Below, one piece after another: positions 1 through 8,618 of a stretch of DNA of 45,751 bases. Both the position numbers and the translations under genes were made by a program. How positions within the stretch are numbered: the stretch's first letter is position 1; every line of letters begins with the position of its first letter. The DNA lies in contig JBLIRO010000042.1 of assembly GCA_049472335.1 (NCBI GenBank), positions 1-45,751 of the forward strand, written 5' to 3'. The notes beneath the pieces were generated by a model. That model was not told the origin of the DNA. It did not search any database and saw only the letters and a list, made by a program, of their open reading frames with translations. This stretch comes from a bacterium (lineage in GTDB: Bacteria > SZUA-182 > DTGQ01 > JAFGSM01).

Positions 1-144
1 ATGCAGCACACGAGTGTAACATCGCATGATGCCTATCGTCATTATTATTGTCGCCTTCACCTCTTATTGTTACCTTCTATCTTCTCCGACGTGATGGTCA
101 AATAGACTACGTAAATTTAAAATAAAATAAAACACATATTTATA

Positions 145-174
145 TTGACAAAAAAGACAATTATAAGTTAAAAT
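145..174 (+). promoter_or_regulatory. Candidate sigma-70 promoter for the barrel gene at 467
   Basis: TTGACA (145-150), 18-nt spacer, TAAAAT (169-174), AT-rich upstream. The AT-rich context raises the chance of a false match. Confidence 0.45.
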
Positions 175-466
175 CTTTATTATAAACAACATCCTACTAT
201 TTGTTATACTTAATGGCTAGCCTAAAAAAGTTGGCATTTTTACAATCAGATTCAGGTCGAAATTTTGTTGATACGATTGAGAAAGTCTGACTACCATAAG
301 TGCTAATTCGAGGATTTTGCGATTAAAAACCCGTAAAAGACTATCTCAAGATGAGATGGTAAAATGTGAAGGTATTTTCAAACAAGCCCCAATATAAAAA
401 TAATTAGAAATAGTCTCTAATTTATCAATTTTAAGAATTTTTCAATTGAATAATTGGAAGGTTTGA

Positions 467-1867
467 ATGGACAAAACTATCAAGCGATCAAGATTATTAT
501 TACTTTATCCTAATGAGCAAACATCACTCTTTTTTATATTAATATGTACTATCTTATCTATGATCATGTTTCAAGGACTCTATTTTCCGGTAAATGCTGG
601 AATGGTAAAGACGTTCACCCCAAGGATCTCCATTTATGAGCAATACTCTGATAACATTGATCTTATCTCTAATCTGGAACTTTACAAGCTTGACAAGAAT
701 TCTGATTGGCTTACCATGGCTTCCCCAGGATTTTCATTGAATTTGGACTCTCTAAAGACAAAAATGAGATTTGACTACGAGACGAGGATCACTTTTTACC
801 ATAAAGAGAAAAATAAGGGAAAGAATAACGACTTTCACTATGTAACAGCTCAATGGGAACAACAAGTTAATCGCAATATCAAATTTGATGTCAAGGATAC
901 CTTTTCCCGTTCTGATGATCCCATCTTGGTTAGCAAAGAAGGAGTTATAGAAGAAGTCGCAGAGAGACGAATCTACTACCGTAATAATGGACAGATAAGC
1001 CTATCCATTCGACTTAGTGCTGATAGTTCAATTGCCCTGGGCTATATCAACCTTTACCTCGATAATAAATCTGTCAATTACGAAGATAGCATTGGCCACG
1101 AATTTTTTTTCAATTTGGATACTAAGATCAATCCCTATTGGAAAATTGGTTTAGAATCCAGGACAAATCGAGGGAAATTTAAACAGCCAGAGGGATTTAC
1201 TGGATGGGATCCTCAGGACTTCTATGACCAAGAAGGAGTGATCACCTTAAGCTACCTCCGGCATCCCTCCCGCAGCTTGTTCGCCAGATATAGTTTACTG
1301 GCTAAAAAATATGATAATCCTTATATTACAGAGTTTTGGCTTCATCAAGCCTCTGTAGGGCTTAATCTTATTCTTAGCACGAATACTAATTTCAGCATTG
1401 AAGGAGGTTACTTCCTTCAAGATTTTCCTAATGATCGCGAATCTGAAAATGGGGCAAGATTCAATATTGCATTGAATACTCAAAAGAAAAAATTTGCTGT
1501 AAACATTGGGAGTAGCGGAGGATTCACTCAAGACTATTTTTCTTCGGAAAATCTTGGATCATCAAAATTTAACCAGGTTCTTGGATCTGTGAATTACTTA
1601 ATAAGCAAAGATCTGAGTGCATTTCTTTCTGCAAACTATCAATGGCAAGATTTTTTAGGAGAAAATCAGGGCAATAGAAAAGATAATGTATGGCGAACAA
1701 GTGGCGGATTTTACTTCTCATTTTCTGACTGGCTTACATTATCTATAGAAGAAGCTTACTCTGAACGAAGATCTGAATCAGATCTAGTTTTTAACAGACA
1801 TCCAGAGTTTATCAGAGAAAATCGAGTCATGCTTCGCCTTACAGCGGGCTATTCTATTAGGATTTAA
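467..1867 (+). CDS. Outer-membrane beta-barrel protein, EPS/PEP-CTERM-locus associated (paralog 1)
   Basis: Signal peptide ending VNA; alternating hydrophobic beta-strands rich in aromatics; C-terminal strand LRLTAGYSIRI; clear similarity to 28337..29695. Confidence 0.8.
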   Translation: MDKTIKRSRLLLLYPNEQTSLFFILICTILSMIMFQGLYFPVNAGMVKTFTPRISIYEQYSDNIDLISNLELYKLDKNSDWLTMASPGFSLNLDSLKTKMRFDYETRITFYHKEKNKGKNNDFHYVTAQWEQQVNRNIKFDVKDTFSRSDDPILVSKEGVIEEVAERRIYYRNNGQISLSIRLSADSSIALGYINLYLDNKSVNYEDSIGHEFFFNLDTKINPYWKIGLESRTNRGKFKQPEGFTGWDPQDFYDQEGVITLSYLRHPSRSLFARYSLLAKKYDNPYITEFWLHQASVGLNLILSTNTNFSIEGGYFLQDFPNDRESENGARFNIALNTQKKKFAVNIGSSGGFTQDYFSSENLGSSKFNQVLGSVNYLISKDLSAFLSANYQWQDFLGENQGNRKDNVWRTSGGFYFSFSDWLTLSIEEAYSERRSESDLVFNRHPEFIRENRVMLRLTAGYSIRI

Positions 1868-2046
1868 ACAGGTTCCTAGCAGCATTTCTTTATCGTTTAC
1901 TATTTTATTTTTAATGATTATTGATTCTAAAAGGATTTTTACCGTCAAGATCATACACATAAGTCTTTTCCCACCAAAAAAATATTAAATGGTTTTCTTG
2001 CCTGAGCAATATTGTTTATAATTTGTTATCTTTAACTTGCCAGATA

Positions 2047-2084
2047 GACTTGTCAGGCGGAGAGCAGACTATGACTGACAAGTC
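2047..2084. repeat. 10-bp inverted repeat GACTTGTCAG-N18-CTGACAAGTC
   Basis: Perfect arms at 2047-2056 and 2075-2084 in a GC-richer intergenic patch. Confidence 0.75.
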
Positions 2085-2285
2085 GCAGAGCGAAGCTCAA
2101 CTCGGCATTAATGGAGAATCATCCTGATCCCAACCATTTATTCTTATGACAATAGATTTATGGACCTGGCTAAACAAAATATTTCAAGAATCCGATATTA
2201 AAGATAAGGCATATATATAATATTCAGGTTGACAATGCTTTTTAATTAAAAAACTTTAAAAACTCTGAAAAAGTCAAATCACCCA

Positions 2286-2750
2286 ATGAGACTGGATAAA
2301 AAGCTTAACCTGACCAAGTACCATAATTGCGAAGCCAGGGTTTCGGGTCCACTTTTTGTGCATCTGTCAATTCTCGTTATTTGCCTGTTTATTCTTATAT
2401 GCTCCAAAAATATATTTTCATTTGATGCCCAGATTACCTGGGATGAAAATGAAGAAGAAAATATTGCAGGTTATAAGATTTTTTGTCGCAAGGAAGGATA
2501 TCAAGGATATAATTATAACGCTCCCGTATGGACTGGCACTGACACAACCTGTTCCATTTATGACCTGAATGACACAAACATCTATTATTTTGTGGCAAGG
2601 GCTTTTAATACGGCAGGAATTGAGAGCGAAAATTCTGAAGAATTAAAGGTTGAACTTATAGATGGAGAGATAAAAGTGAGCACAACCACCGATTCATACA
2701 ATTTTGTCGGGAACGGATGCTTCATTACTTCCGGAGATTCGGGATTATAA
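2286..2750 (+). CDS. Small exported fibronectin type III domain protein with C-terminal GNGCFITS (CFI-box-like) tail
   Basis: Hydrophobic signal segment; Fn3 motifs ITWD, GYKIF, YYFVARAFN and ESENSE; start codon uncertain. Confidence 0.75.
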   Translation: MRLDKKLNLTKYHNCEARVSGPLFVHLSILVICLFILICSKNIFSFDAQITWDENEEENIAGYKIFCRKEGYQGYNYNAPVWTGTDTTCSIYDLNDTNIYYFVARAFNTAGIESENSEELKVELIDGEIKVSTTTDSYNFVGNGCFITSGDSGL

Positions 2751-2811
2751 AAAATTTATTTATATATAAAATAGACTTCTAATCTTAATGTCTCATTAAC
2801 CCTGTATTGAG

Positions 2812-3525
2812 CTAGGGCACTACGATCACATCACCTGATTGAAGATATATGTTTTGCGAGGTGTCACTCCCTTTTGTAATTTCTTTATAATTAAACGGTA
2901 TAGTAATCTGTCTTTTTCCGATGGTTCTGATGATTATGATATCTTTGGAGGATGCAAAATCATTCAAGCCCCCGGCCATGGAAAGGGCCTGAAGCACATT
3001 GATTCTTCTGCCTAAAATAAACTCTCCGGGACGAGTGACATTTCCGATAACATATATCTTGTTACTATTTATTTTCAAGACCATTACAGTAACTACAGGG
3101 TCTGGAATAAATTTAATTAGTCTCTGTGCAATCTCCAGACGTAATTCTTCAGGCACCTTACCACCTGCCTGAATATCACCAATTAGCGGGAAAGATATTT
3201 TTCCGTCAGGTCTGACAACTACCTCATGATTTAAATCTTCATTTTTCCATACAGAAATACTAAGTATGTCTTCAGGACCAATCAAATAAGGGTCTAAATT
3301 TTCATTCTTATTTGAAGTACCTTCGAAGGTTTTTTCTGTTTTTTGAATGCTGATCTCTTCTTTTTTAGCCTGATTATCTACCGGAACAGAAACCTCATTC
3401 AATCTCTGGCCTTCTTGAGCTAATGTTGCAGACGTTTTAAATATTAGACAGAAAAATAAAACAATAATCATTAATGCTGTATAATACACAGCGCCTTTCA
3501 TCCTATAATTTATCCATTTAAGCAT
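2812..3525 (-). CDS. wza: Polysaccharide export protein (OPX/Wza family), short periplasmic form
   Basis: YLIGPED and VRPDGKISFPLIG (Poly_export), one SLBB domain (VIGNVTRPG, ALSMAGG), ends LQSGDVIVVP; signal peptide ATLA|Q without a lipobox. Confidence 0.9.
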   Translation of the reverse strand: MLKWINYRMKGAVYYTALMIIVLFFCLIFKTSATLAQEGQRLNEVSVPVDNQAKKEEISIQKTEKTFEGTSNKNENLDPYLIGPEDILSISVWKNEDLNHEVVVRPDGKISFPLIGDIQAGGKVPEELRLEIAQRLIKFIPDPVVTVMVLKINSNKIYVIGNVTRPGEFILGRRINVLQALSMAGGLNDFASSKDIIIIRTIGKRQITIPFNYKEITKGSDTSQNIYLQSGDVIVVP

Positions 3526-3548
3526 GCAAAACTCCTCTTTGTAATATC

Positions 3549-4934
3549 TTAGCTACAATTAGCTGTATTCCTGTTTCCTTTTTCATAATCAATATCATAT
3601 TTTTCTATAAGATCATAGATTGTAGATCTAGCCACACCGAGGCTTCTTGATATTTTGGCCAGATTTCCTTTATATTTCCCAAGGCTGTCAATCAGCATCT
3701 CTTTCTCTAATCTTTCTTTTGCTTCCTTAAGGGTTAAATCCTCTCTGAAGCTACGATTACAGCTAATACCTAAATCCTGAGGTTTTATATTCAGGTCTGT
3801 TGACAATACCAATGCTCTTTTTATCTTATTTTCCAGTTCCCTAATATTCCCCGGCCAACTATACGCTTTCATAGCCTTGATCGATTCAGGAGTTAATTTC
3901 TTTGAACCCTTTCCCATTTCATTGCCGAATTTTACTAAAAAATGATTTGCGATAAAGATAATATCATCTTCTCTTTCCCGCAAAGGAGGCAATTCAATTG
4001 TTATCCCATTTAACCTGTAATAAATATCTTCACGAAAATTTTTTTCTTTTATCTCCTGTTCCAGGCTTTTATTGCTTGCTGCAATAACTCTTACATCTAC
4101 AGGTATGAACTCGCTCCCACCCAGACGTTGTATTTGTCTTTCCTGCAAAAATCTAAGTAGTTTAACCTGTAAATTAAGAGGCAATTCCGCTATTTCATCA
4201 AAAAACAAAGTCCCTTTATGGGCCAGTTCGACCTTTCCTGTCTTTTTCGTGTGAGCATCAGTAAAAGCCCCTTTTTCATGCCCGAATAATTCACTTTCCA
4301 GTAAAGTTTCAGGAATTGCTCCGGAATCGATGGGAATAAATGTCTCATTGGCCCTTTTGCTCAATCTGTGAATGGCTCTGGCTACCAATTCCTTTCCGGT
4401 TCCACTCTCTCCATGAATTAGAACAGCTATGTCTGCCTCAGCCACTCTCCGGACCATATTAATAACTTCTTTAATCTTCCTGCAATTTCCTAAAATACCA
4501 TATGACTCTCCGTTTTCTGCAAACCGAGACTGCAATCGCTTGTTTTCAATCTCTAAATTTCTAATGTACAGAGCGCGTTTTAATATAATTCTTAATTCAT
4601 TCAGATCTATAGGCTTTACATAATAATCATAAGATCCCAATCTGAGAGAATTAATGGCATTTTCCTTTCCGTCATGTCCGGTGACCATGACAACCTTTGC
4701 CTGAGGGTCAATGGAAATGATCTTCTCCAAAACCATAAAGCCCTTTTTATGATCATCTGCAGGAGACAAATTTAAATCGAGTGTAATCACATCAGGTCTA
4801 TAATCACTAAATTTTTTTATCGCATCACTAGCATCGCTGGCTATAATTACTTCATATTCGTTATTTAATCCCCATTTAATCTGTTTACAGATATATTCTT
4901 CATCATCAACTACAAGTAATATAGGCTTACTCAT
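3549..4934 (-). CDS. prsR: PEP-CTERM-box sigma-54-dependent response regulator
   Basis: Receiver domain (VVDDE, TLDLNL), GESGTGKE Walker A, GAFTDA loop, WPGNIREL, Fis-type HTH; 4-bp overlap with the kinase gene. Confidence 0.9.
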   Translation of the reverse strand: MSKPILLVVDDEEYICKQIKWGLNNEYEVIIASDASDAIKKFSDYRPDVITLDLNLSPADDHKKGFMVLEKIISIDPQAKVVMVTGHDGKENAINSLRLGSYDYYVKPIDLNELRIILKRALYIRNLEIENKRLQSRFAENGESYGILGNCRKIKEVINMVRRVAEADIAVLIHGESGTGKELVARAIHRLSKRANETFIPIDSGAIPETLLESELFGHEKGAFTDAHTKKTGKVELAHKGTLFFDEIAELPLNLQVKLLRFLQERQIQRLGGSEFIPVDVRVIAASNKSLEQEIKEKNFREDIYYRLNGITIELPPLREREDDIIFIANHFLVKFGNEMGKGSKKLTPESIKAMKAYSWPGNIRELENKIKRALVLSTDLNIKPQDLGISCNRSFREDLTLKEAKERLEKEMLIDSLGKYKGNLAKISRSLGVARSTIYDLIEKYDIDYEKGNRNTANCS

Positions 4935-7042
4935 TCTTTTTTTCTCCCATTTTCTTCAAATGGCAAATATATTCTAAACTGAGCACCTCTGCCCACTTCA
5001 CTTTCGGCCTCAATTTTTCCACCATGTGCTGCTATGATTGTCTTACTTTGATAAAGGCCTATTCCCAATCCCTTTTTTTTGGTTGTCTGAAAAGGTTTAA
5101 AGAGTTTATTTTTAAGAAATTCCCTCGACATTCCCGGCCCGTTATCCTTGACCTCGATTATTATGTTTTCATTTTCTGCATATGTCGAGACTGAAACCGT
5201 TCCATGATCTTTCAATAATTCCTGAGCATTAATAATCAGGTTTCTGATGACACTTTGAATCTTTTCCCGGTCTAAATTTAAGTCAGGCAGATCAGAATAC
5301 TTTTCAATCAATTGGATTCCATCTTTACTCAATCCGGTTTGTGCGATACTATCTTTCATGAGTTTAGTTACATTGGTTTTTGTCCTGTTCAATTCTATAT
5401 CCTTGGGCATCCTGGAAATTCTGGAGATGAGTCCCTTCATATTGCCGATTGTCTTTGAAATGGTCTCTAAAACGTCTTTTTGAAATTCCGGGTCCTGCAT
5501 GTTGCAGGAGGCATTTTGTACTATCAATGAAAGCATAGAAATTGAATTTTTTAGATCATGCAGGATAAAGGAGGAAATCTTGTTCATTAATTCCATTTCT
5601 CCCGCAAGGACGAGGCGGTCCGATAGTTTAATGTTTAAAATGGCATTCGCGGCCTGGTTGCACAGGGTTTTTAACATATCATAATCTTCATAATTATAAG
5701 CCGCGCCAGTTATTTCTTTTCCCAGGGTAATAAAACCTACAAGATCGCCCTTGACAATTAATGGACTCATAACAGAAACACTATACCTGTCAAAAAATGC
5801 CCTGTTAGTCTCAAAAATTTCTCTTAAATTACTATCAATTGTGTCAAAATCTATAGAGAAAGGCTCCGCCTTTTCTTCTAAATGCTTAATTAAAGGTCTA
5901 TCAATATAAATCGAGTTCCCTGATTCCGATATATCCCTAAGACTTGTCAGATGATATTTTTTGTCATCACCATCGTAGAGCCAAACCGTAATCTCGTTTA
6001 CGCACATTGTTTCTGCCACCAATTCCATGAATTTTTTCAATAAATCATTAAGATCAATAACAGAACCAATGATATTTGTGAGTTCGATCCATTCAAATCT
6101 ATAATCATATCTATTTTTATAAAAATGCCTGTCGATAAACCTTGTTACAACTTTTCGACTTGTAGCGGAAAGAAAAAAAACAGACAAGGTCAAAAGACTA
6201 AAAAGCACAAATATAGGATAGAATATAAGATTGAAATCAACTCCCAGGATTTTTAATAATTGACCGATAAATCCCACAAGAATTAGATAACTGCTAATAA
6301 CGATAAGTGTAAATGACCCATAAAATACCTGTCTGGAAACAAATACATCGATGTTCATTAATCTATGTCTAATAAAGCTAAATGTCAGAATTCCCAATGA
6401 AATTAAAATAACGCCTGATCCGATTGGTATATAAGTGTATTTTGCATACTGAAAGAGAATTACCCTGCTGATTACGTAAATATAAAAGGTAAAAGCGGCA
6501 AACATACCCAGAATGCTGTATTTGATTTGCCATTTCTTGATGCCTGTGGAATTTCTATAAACTGTTTCCAGATTGAACAGGATAAATACTATGGCTAATA
6601 AAAGGAAAACACACAAAAAACGCCCCGCCTTCCCTAACAAAAAAACATTCTGCCCGGTAAGCGTAGTTTTTGATACTGTAATGAAGGAATCGAAAGGTAT
6701 TAGAACAAGGAAAATAAACGACAATATATAGATTGCAAGGAGCAATAACTTGAATTTTTTTGATATTGTCTCATGACTTCTGGCAAAAACAACACTGAAT
6801 AAAGACCAGTTTGCCGGAATAAGGCAGCATCCGACAAGACTGATTCGCCCCCAAAACAATAAGCTTTGTGGATCCGAAGATTGAAGTACCATAAAATTGC
6901 CGAATTCCATAATGCCCAAACTTGATATGGCCAAAGCAAAGGCTCTATTGGCAAACTGGCGGTATCCCTGATATAGGACAAAAGAGGTCAAAAATAGTGC
7001 AAATATAAAGCTCACTAATGTTGGAATGGAATATGGATTCAT
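4931..7042 (-). CDS. prsK: PEP-CTERM system membrane histidine kinase
   Basis: Multi-TM N-terminus, VFVSR and HFYKNRYDYRFEW motifs, GAF domain, H-box FILHDLKN, DNGPGM and GLGIGL boxes. Confidence 0.9.
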   Translation of the reverse strand: MNPYSIPTLVSFIFALFLTSFVLYQGYRQFANRAFALAISSLGIMEFGNFMVLQSSDPQSLLFWGRISLVGCCLIPANWSLFSVVFARSHETISKKFKLLLLAIYILSFIFLVLIPFDSFITVSKTTLTGQNVFLLGKAGRFLCVFLLLAIVFILFNLETVYRNSTGIKKWQIKYSILGMFAAFTFYIYVISRVILFQYAKYTYIPIGSGVILISLGILTFSFIRHRLMNIDVFVSRQVFYGSFTLIVISSYLILVGFIGQLLKILGVDFNLIFYPIFVLFSLLTLSVFFLSATSRKVVTRFIDRHFYKNRYDYRFEWIELTNIIGSVIDLNDLLKKFMELVAETMCVNEITVWLYDGDDKKYHLTSLRDISESGNSIYIDRPLIKHLEEKAEPFSIDFDTIDSNLREIFETNRAFFDRYSVSVMSPLIVKGDLVGFITLGKEITGAAYNYEDYDMLKTLCNQAANAILNIKLSDRLVLAGEMELMNKISSFILHDLKNSISMLSLIVQNASCNMQDPEFQKDVLETISKTIGNMKGLISRISRMPKDIELNRTKTNVTKLMKDSIAQTGLSKDGIQLIEKYSDLPDLNLDREKIQSVIRNLIINAQELLKDHGTVSVSTYAENENIIIEVKDNGPGMSREFLKNKLFKPFQTTKKKGLGIGLYQSKTIIAAHGGKIEAESEVGRGAQFRIYLPFEENGRKKE

Positions 7043-7263
7043 ATCAAAAAATAATTTTAACCTTTAAAATTTTCCTGAAAATTCATTATAGAGCTAAAAA
7101 AGATAGAAAATTTGAGCATTTAAACAAAAGATACATATCTTAAGTATATACTTTATTTATCGGTCAAACTTCTAAATTATTATTAGATTGGAGCAAAGGC
7201 CTTATCATTGTTAACCCTTATTTTAGGCTAAAGAGGTGAATTAAGAATTTTTTAATCCAATAA

Positions 7264-7309
7264 AAGAAGGCGCAAGGGATGATAGAAATATCATCCCTTG
7301 CGCCTTCTT
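7264..7309 (-). terminator. Rho-independent terminator after the PEP-CTERM gene
   Basis: Perfect 21-bp stem AAGAAGGCGCAAGGGATGATA / TATCATCCCTTGCGCCTTCTT with a 4-nt loop, 30 bp past the stop; short T run on the minus strand. Confidence 0.85.
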
Positions 7310-7339
7310 GGTGTTTCCGAAATGAAACGGGTAAATCGA

Positions 7340-8155
7340 TTAACCCAAAAACTTCTTTCTGTTGAGACCGGCTACACCAACAAGGCCAAGGCCAAGAAGT
7401 AAAAGAGTAGCAGGCTCTGGCACCGGGTCAACTGATTCTACCATGACTACTAAATCTGTAAAATCAGGCTCGATATCACTCCATTCAGGATAGCCATCGT
7501 TAATACCATTACCATTGCCCCAATGCATACTATGGAGATCTTCAAAGGCAAGAACATATTCATCGGCATCCCAAACGCCGGGAGAATAAGGCAATATTTG
7601 AACGGTGTCAATACCCTTGCCCTTATAAGCGGCCATATGATCAGCACCATCAAAATTTAAGGATGTATCGCTAAACCAGACACCTCCGATCCATGGTTGC
7701 GGGGCCTGGGTTGAGTTTATATAATATCCGAAGGCATTATGAGCAAAATCTATACCTGTATCCACAAAATTAATCAAAACACTTCCATCAGCTAAAATGG
7801 ATAAAAGCGCCTGGGAACCAGAAGTTGCCCCGCCGCCAAAAATCTGAACCATATTCATGGGATTGGCAGCATCATAAATTCCAAAGGTATTAGTGGTTGC
7901 CCATTGTGCCACTTCTATGATCAGGGTGCTTACGGATCCGCCTGATCCATGGATTGACCAATAAGAATCCATACTGTCACTAAGTGCGTCTGTAAGAACG
8001 TTTGTGCTGCTGACACCAGGATTCGGGCCTATGGTTATATTGTTAAGCGCGCTCTGTAGTCCGACTCCTCCGTCACCGAAGGGTATAGCGTTTGCCCTTA
8101 CACCAACCATCATAAGGGCCATTATCACTGACAAACAGATCAGTAATTTTCTCAT
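7340..8155 (-). CDS. PEP-CTERM sorting-domain protein (DUF4114-like region)
   Basis: C-terminus VPEP-ATLLLLGLGLVGVAGL-NRKK; AFED...DFTDLVV motif. Start reassigned to ATG 8155 because of SD AAAGGAG and signal peptide MRKLLICL...ANA. Confidence 0.92.
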   Translation of the reverse strand: MRKLLICLSVIMALMMVGVRANAIPFGDGGVGLQSALNNITIGPNPGVSSTNVLTDALSDSMDSYWSIHGSGGSVSTLIIEVAQWATTNTFGIYDAANPMNMVQIFGGGATSGSQALLSILADGSVLINFVDTGIDFAHNAFGYYINSTQAPQPWIGGVWFSDTSLNFDGADHMAAYKGKGIDTVQILPYSPGVWDADEYVLAFEDLHSMHWGNGNGINDGYPEWSDIEPDFTDLVVMVESVDPVPEPATLLLLGLGLVGVAGLNRKKFLG

Positions 8156-8335
8156 TTTGCTTTCTCCTTTGCAGGGTGAATTTATCATATATCGTAAAAA
8201 TTTCTTTACTCCCGGAACCTTGATCACGGATGAATCCAATAGCCCAATCATTTTCTTTAAAAATTTGTCACCCCCCTTCTAAAGTAGTTGATTAGCGCTA
8301 TTTTTTAGCTCATCCTCAATTTTTCAGAAACAGGG

Positions 8336-8352
8336 TGCAATTGTAATGCCAA
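8336..8352 (-). promoter_or_regulatory. Sigma-54 (-24/-12) promoter of the PEP-CTERM gene
   Basis: Minus strand TTGGCATTACAATTGCA with exact GG-N10-GC spacing; a sigma-54 activator gene is nearby. Confidence 0.85.
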
Positions 8353-8439
8353 AAATATTAATCTGGCTAAGTATCTGTTATTAAATAGCTAAAATCATTC
8401 GTATATCTTTTTCAATTATCTATGATATATCAGTAAAAT

Positions 8440-8456
8440 AGTAGTCTTCTACTACA
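8440..8456 (-). promoter_or_regulatory. Candidate PrsR enhancer box 1
   Basis: Minus strand TGTAGTAGAAGACTACT (GTAG-N7-CTAC dyad), centred about 123 bp upstream of the predicted TSS. Confidence 0.6.
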
Positions 8457-8522
8457 CATTTTGTTAATTTTTAAAAAATACATATAACTGTCTGAAAAAA
8501 AAGGAAAAAAAATTATTGTGGA

Positions 8523-8539
8523 CGTAGGAGAACACTACA
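8523..8539 (-). promoter_or_regulatory. Candidate PrsR enhancer box 2
   Basis: Minus strand TGTAGTGTTCTCCTACG, the same dyad, 83 bp from box 1. Confidence 0.6.
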
Positions 8540-8618
8540 TTTTTTCATACCATTAAAAGGTAATAAGAAGAAAAATTATACTCTGAATTTTACCTCTTAT
8601 CCCAAACCTAATGTCTAT

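Noticed and set aside
1..105. Short open frames at the left edge
   Set aside because: Too short and unrecognisable; no frame or product can be assigned.
8156..8251. 32-aa N-terminal extension of the PEP-CTERM ORF
   Set aside because: The SD and signal peptide point to ATG 8155.
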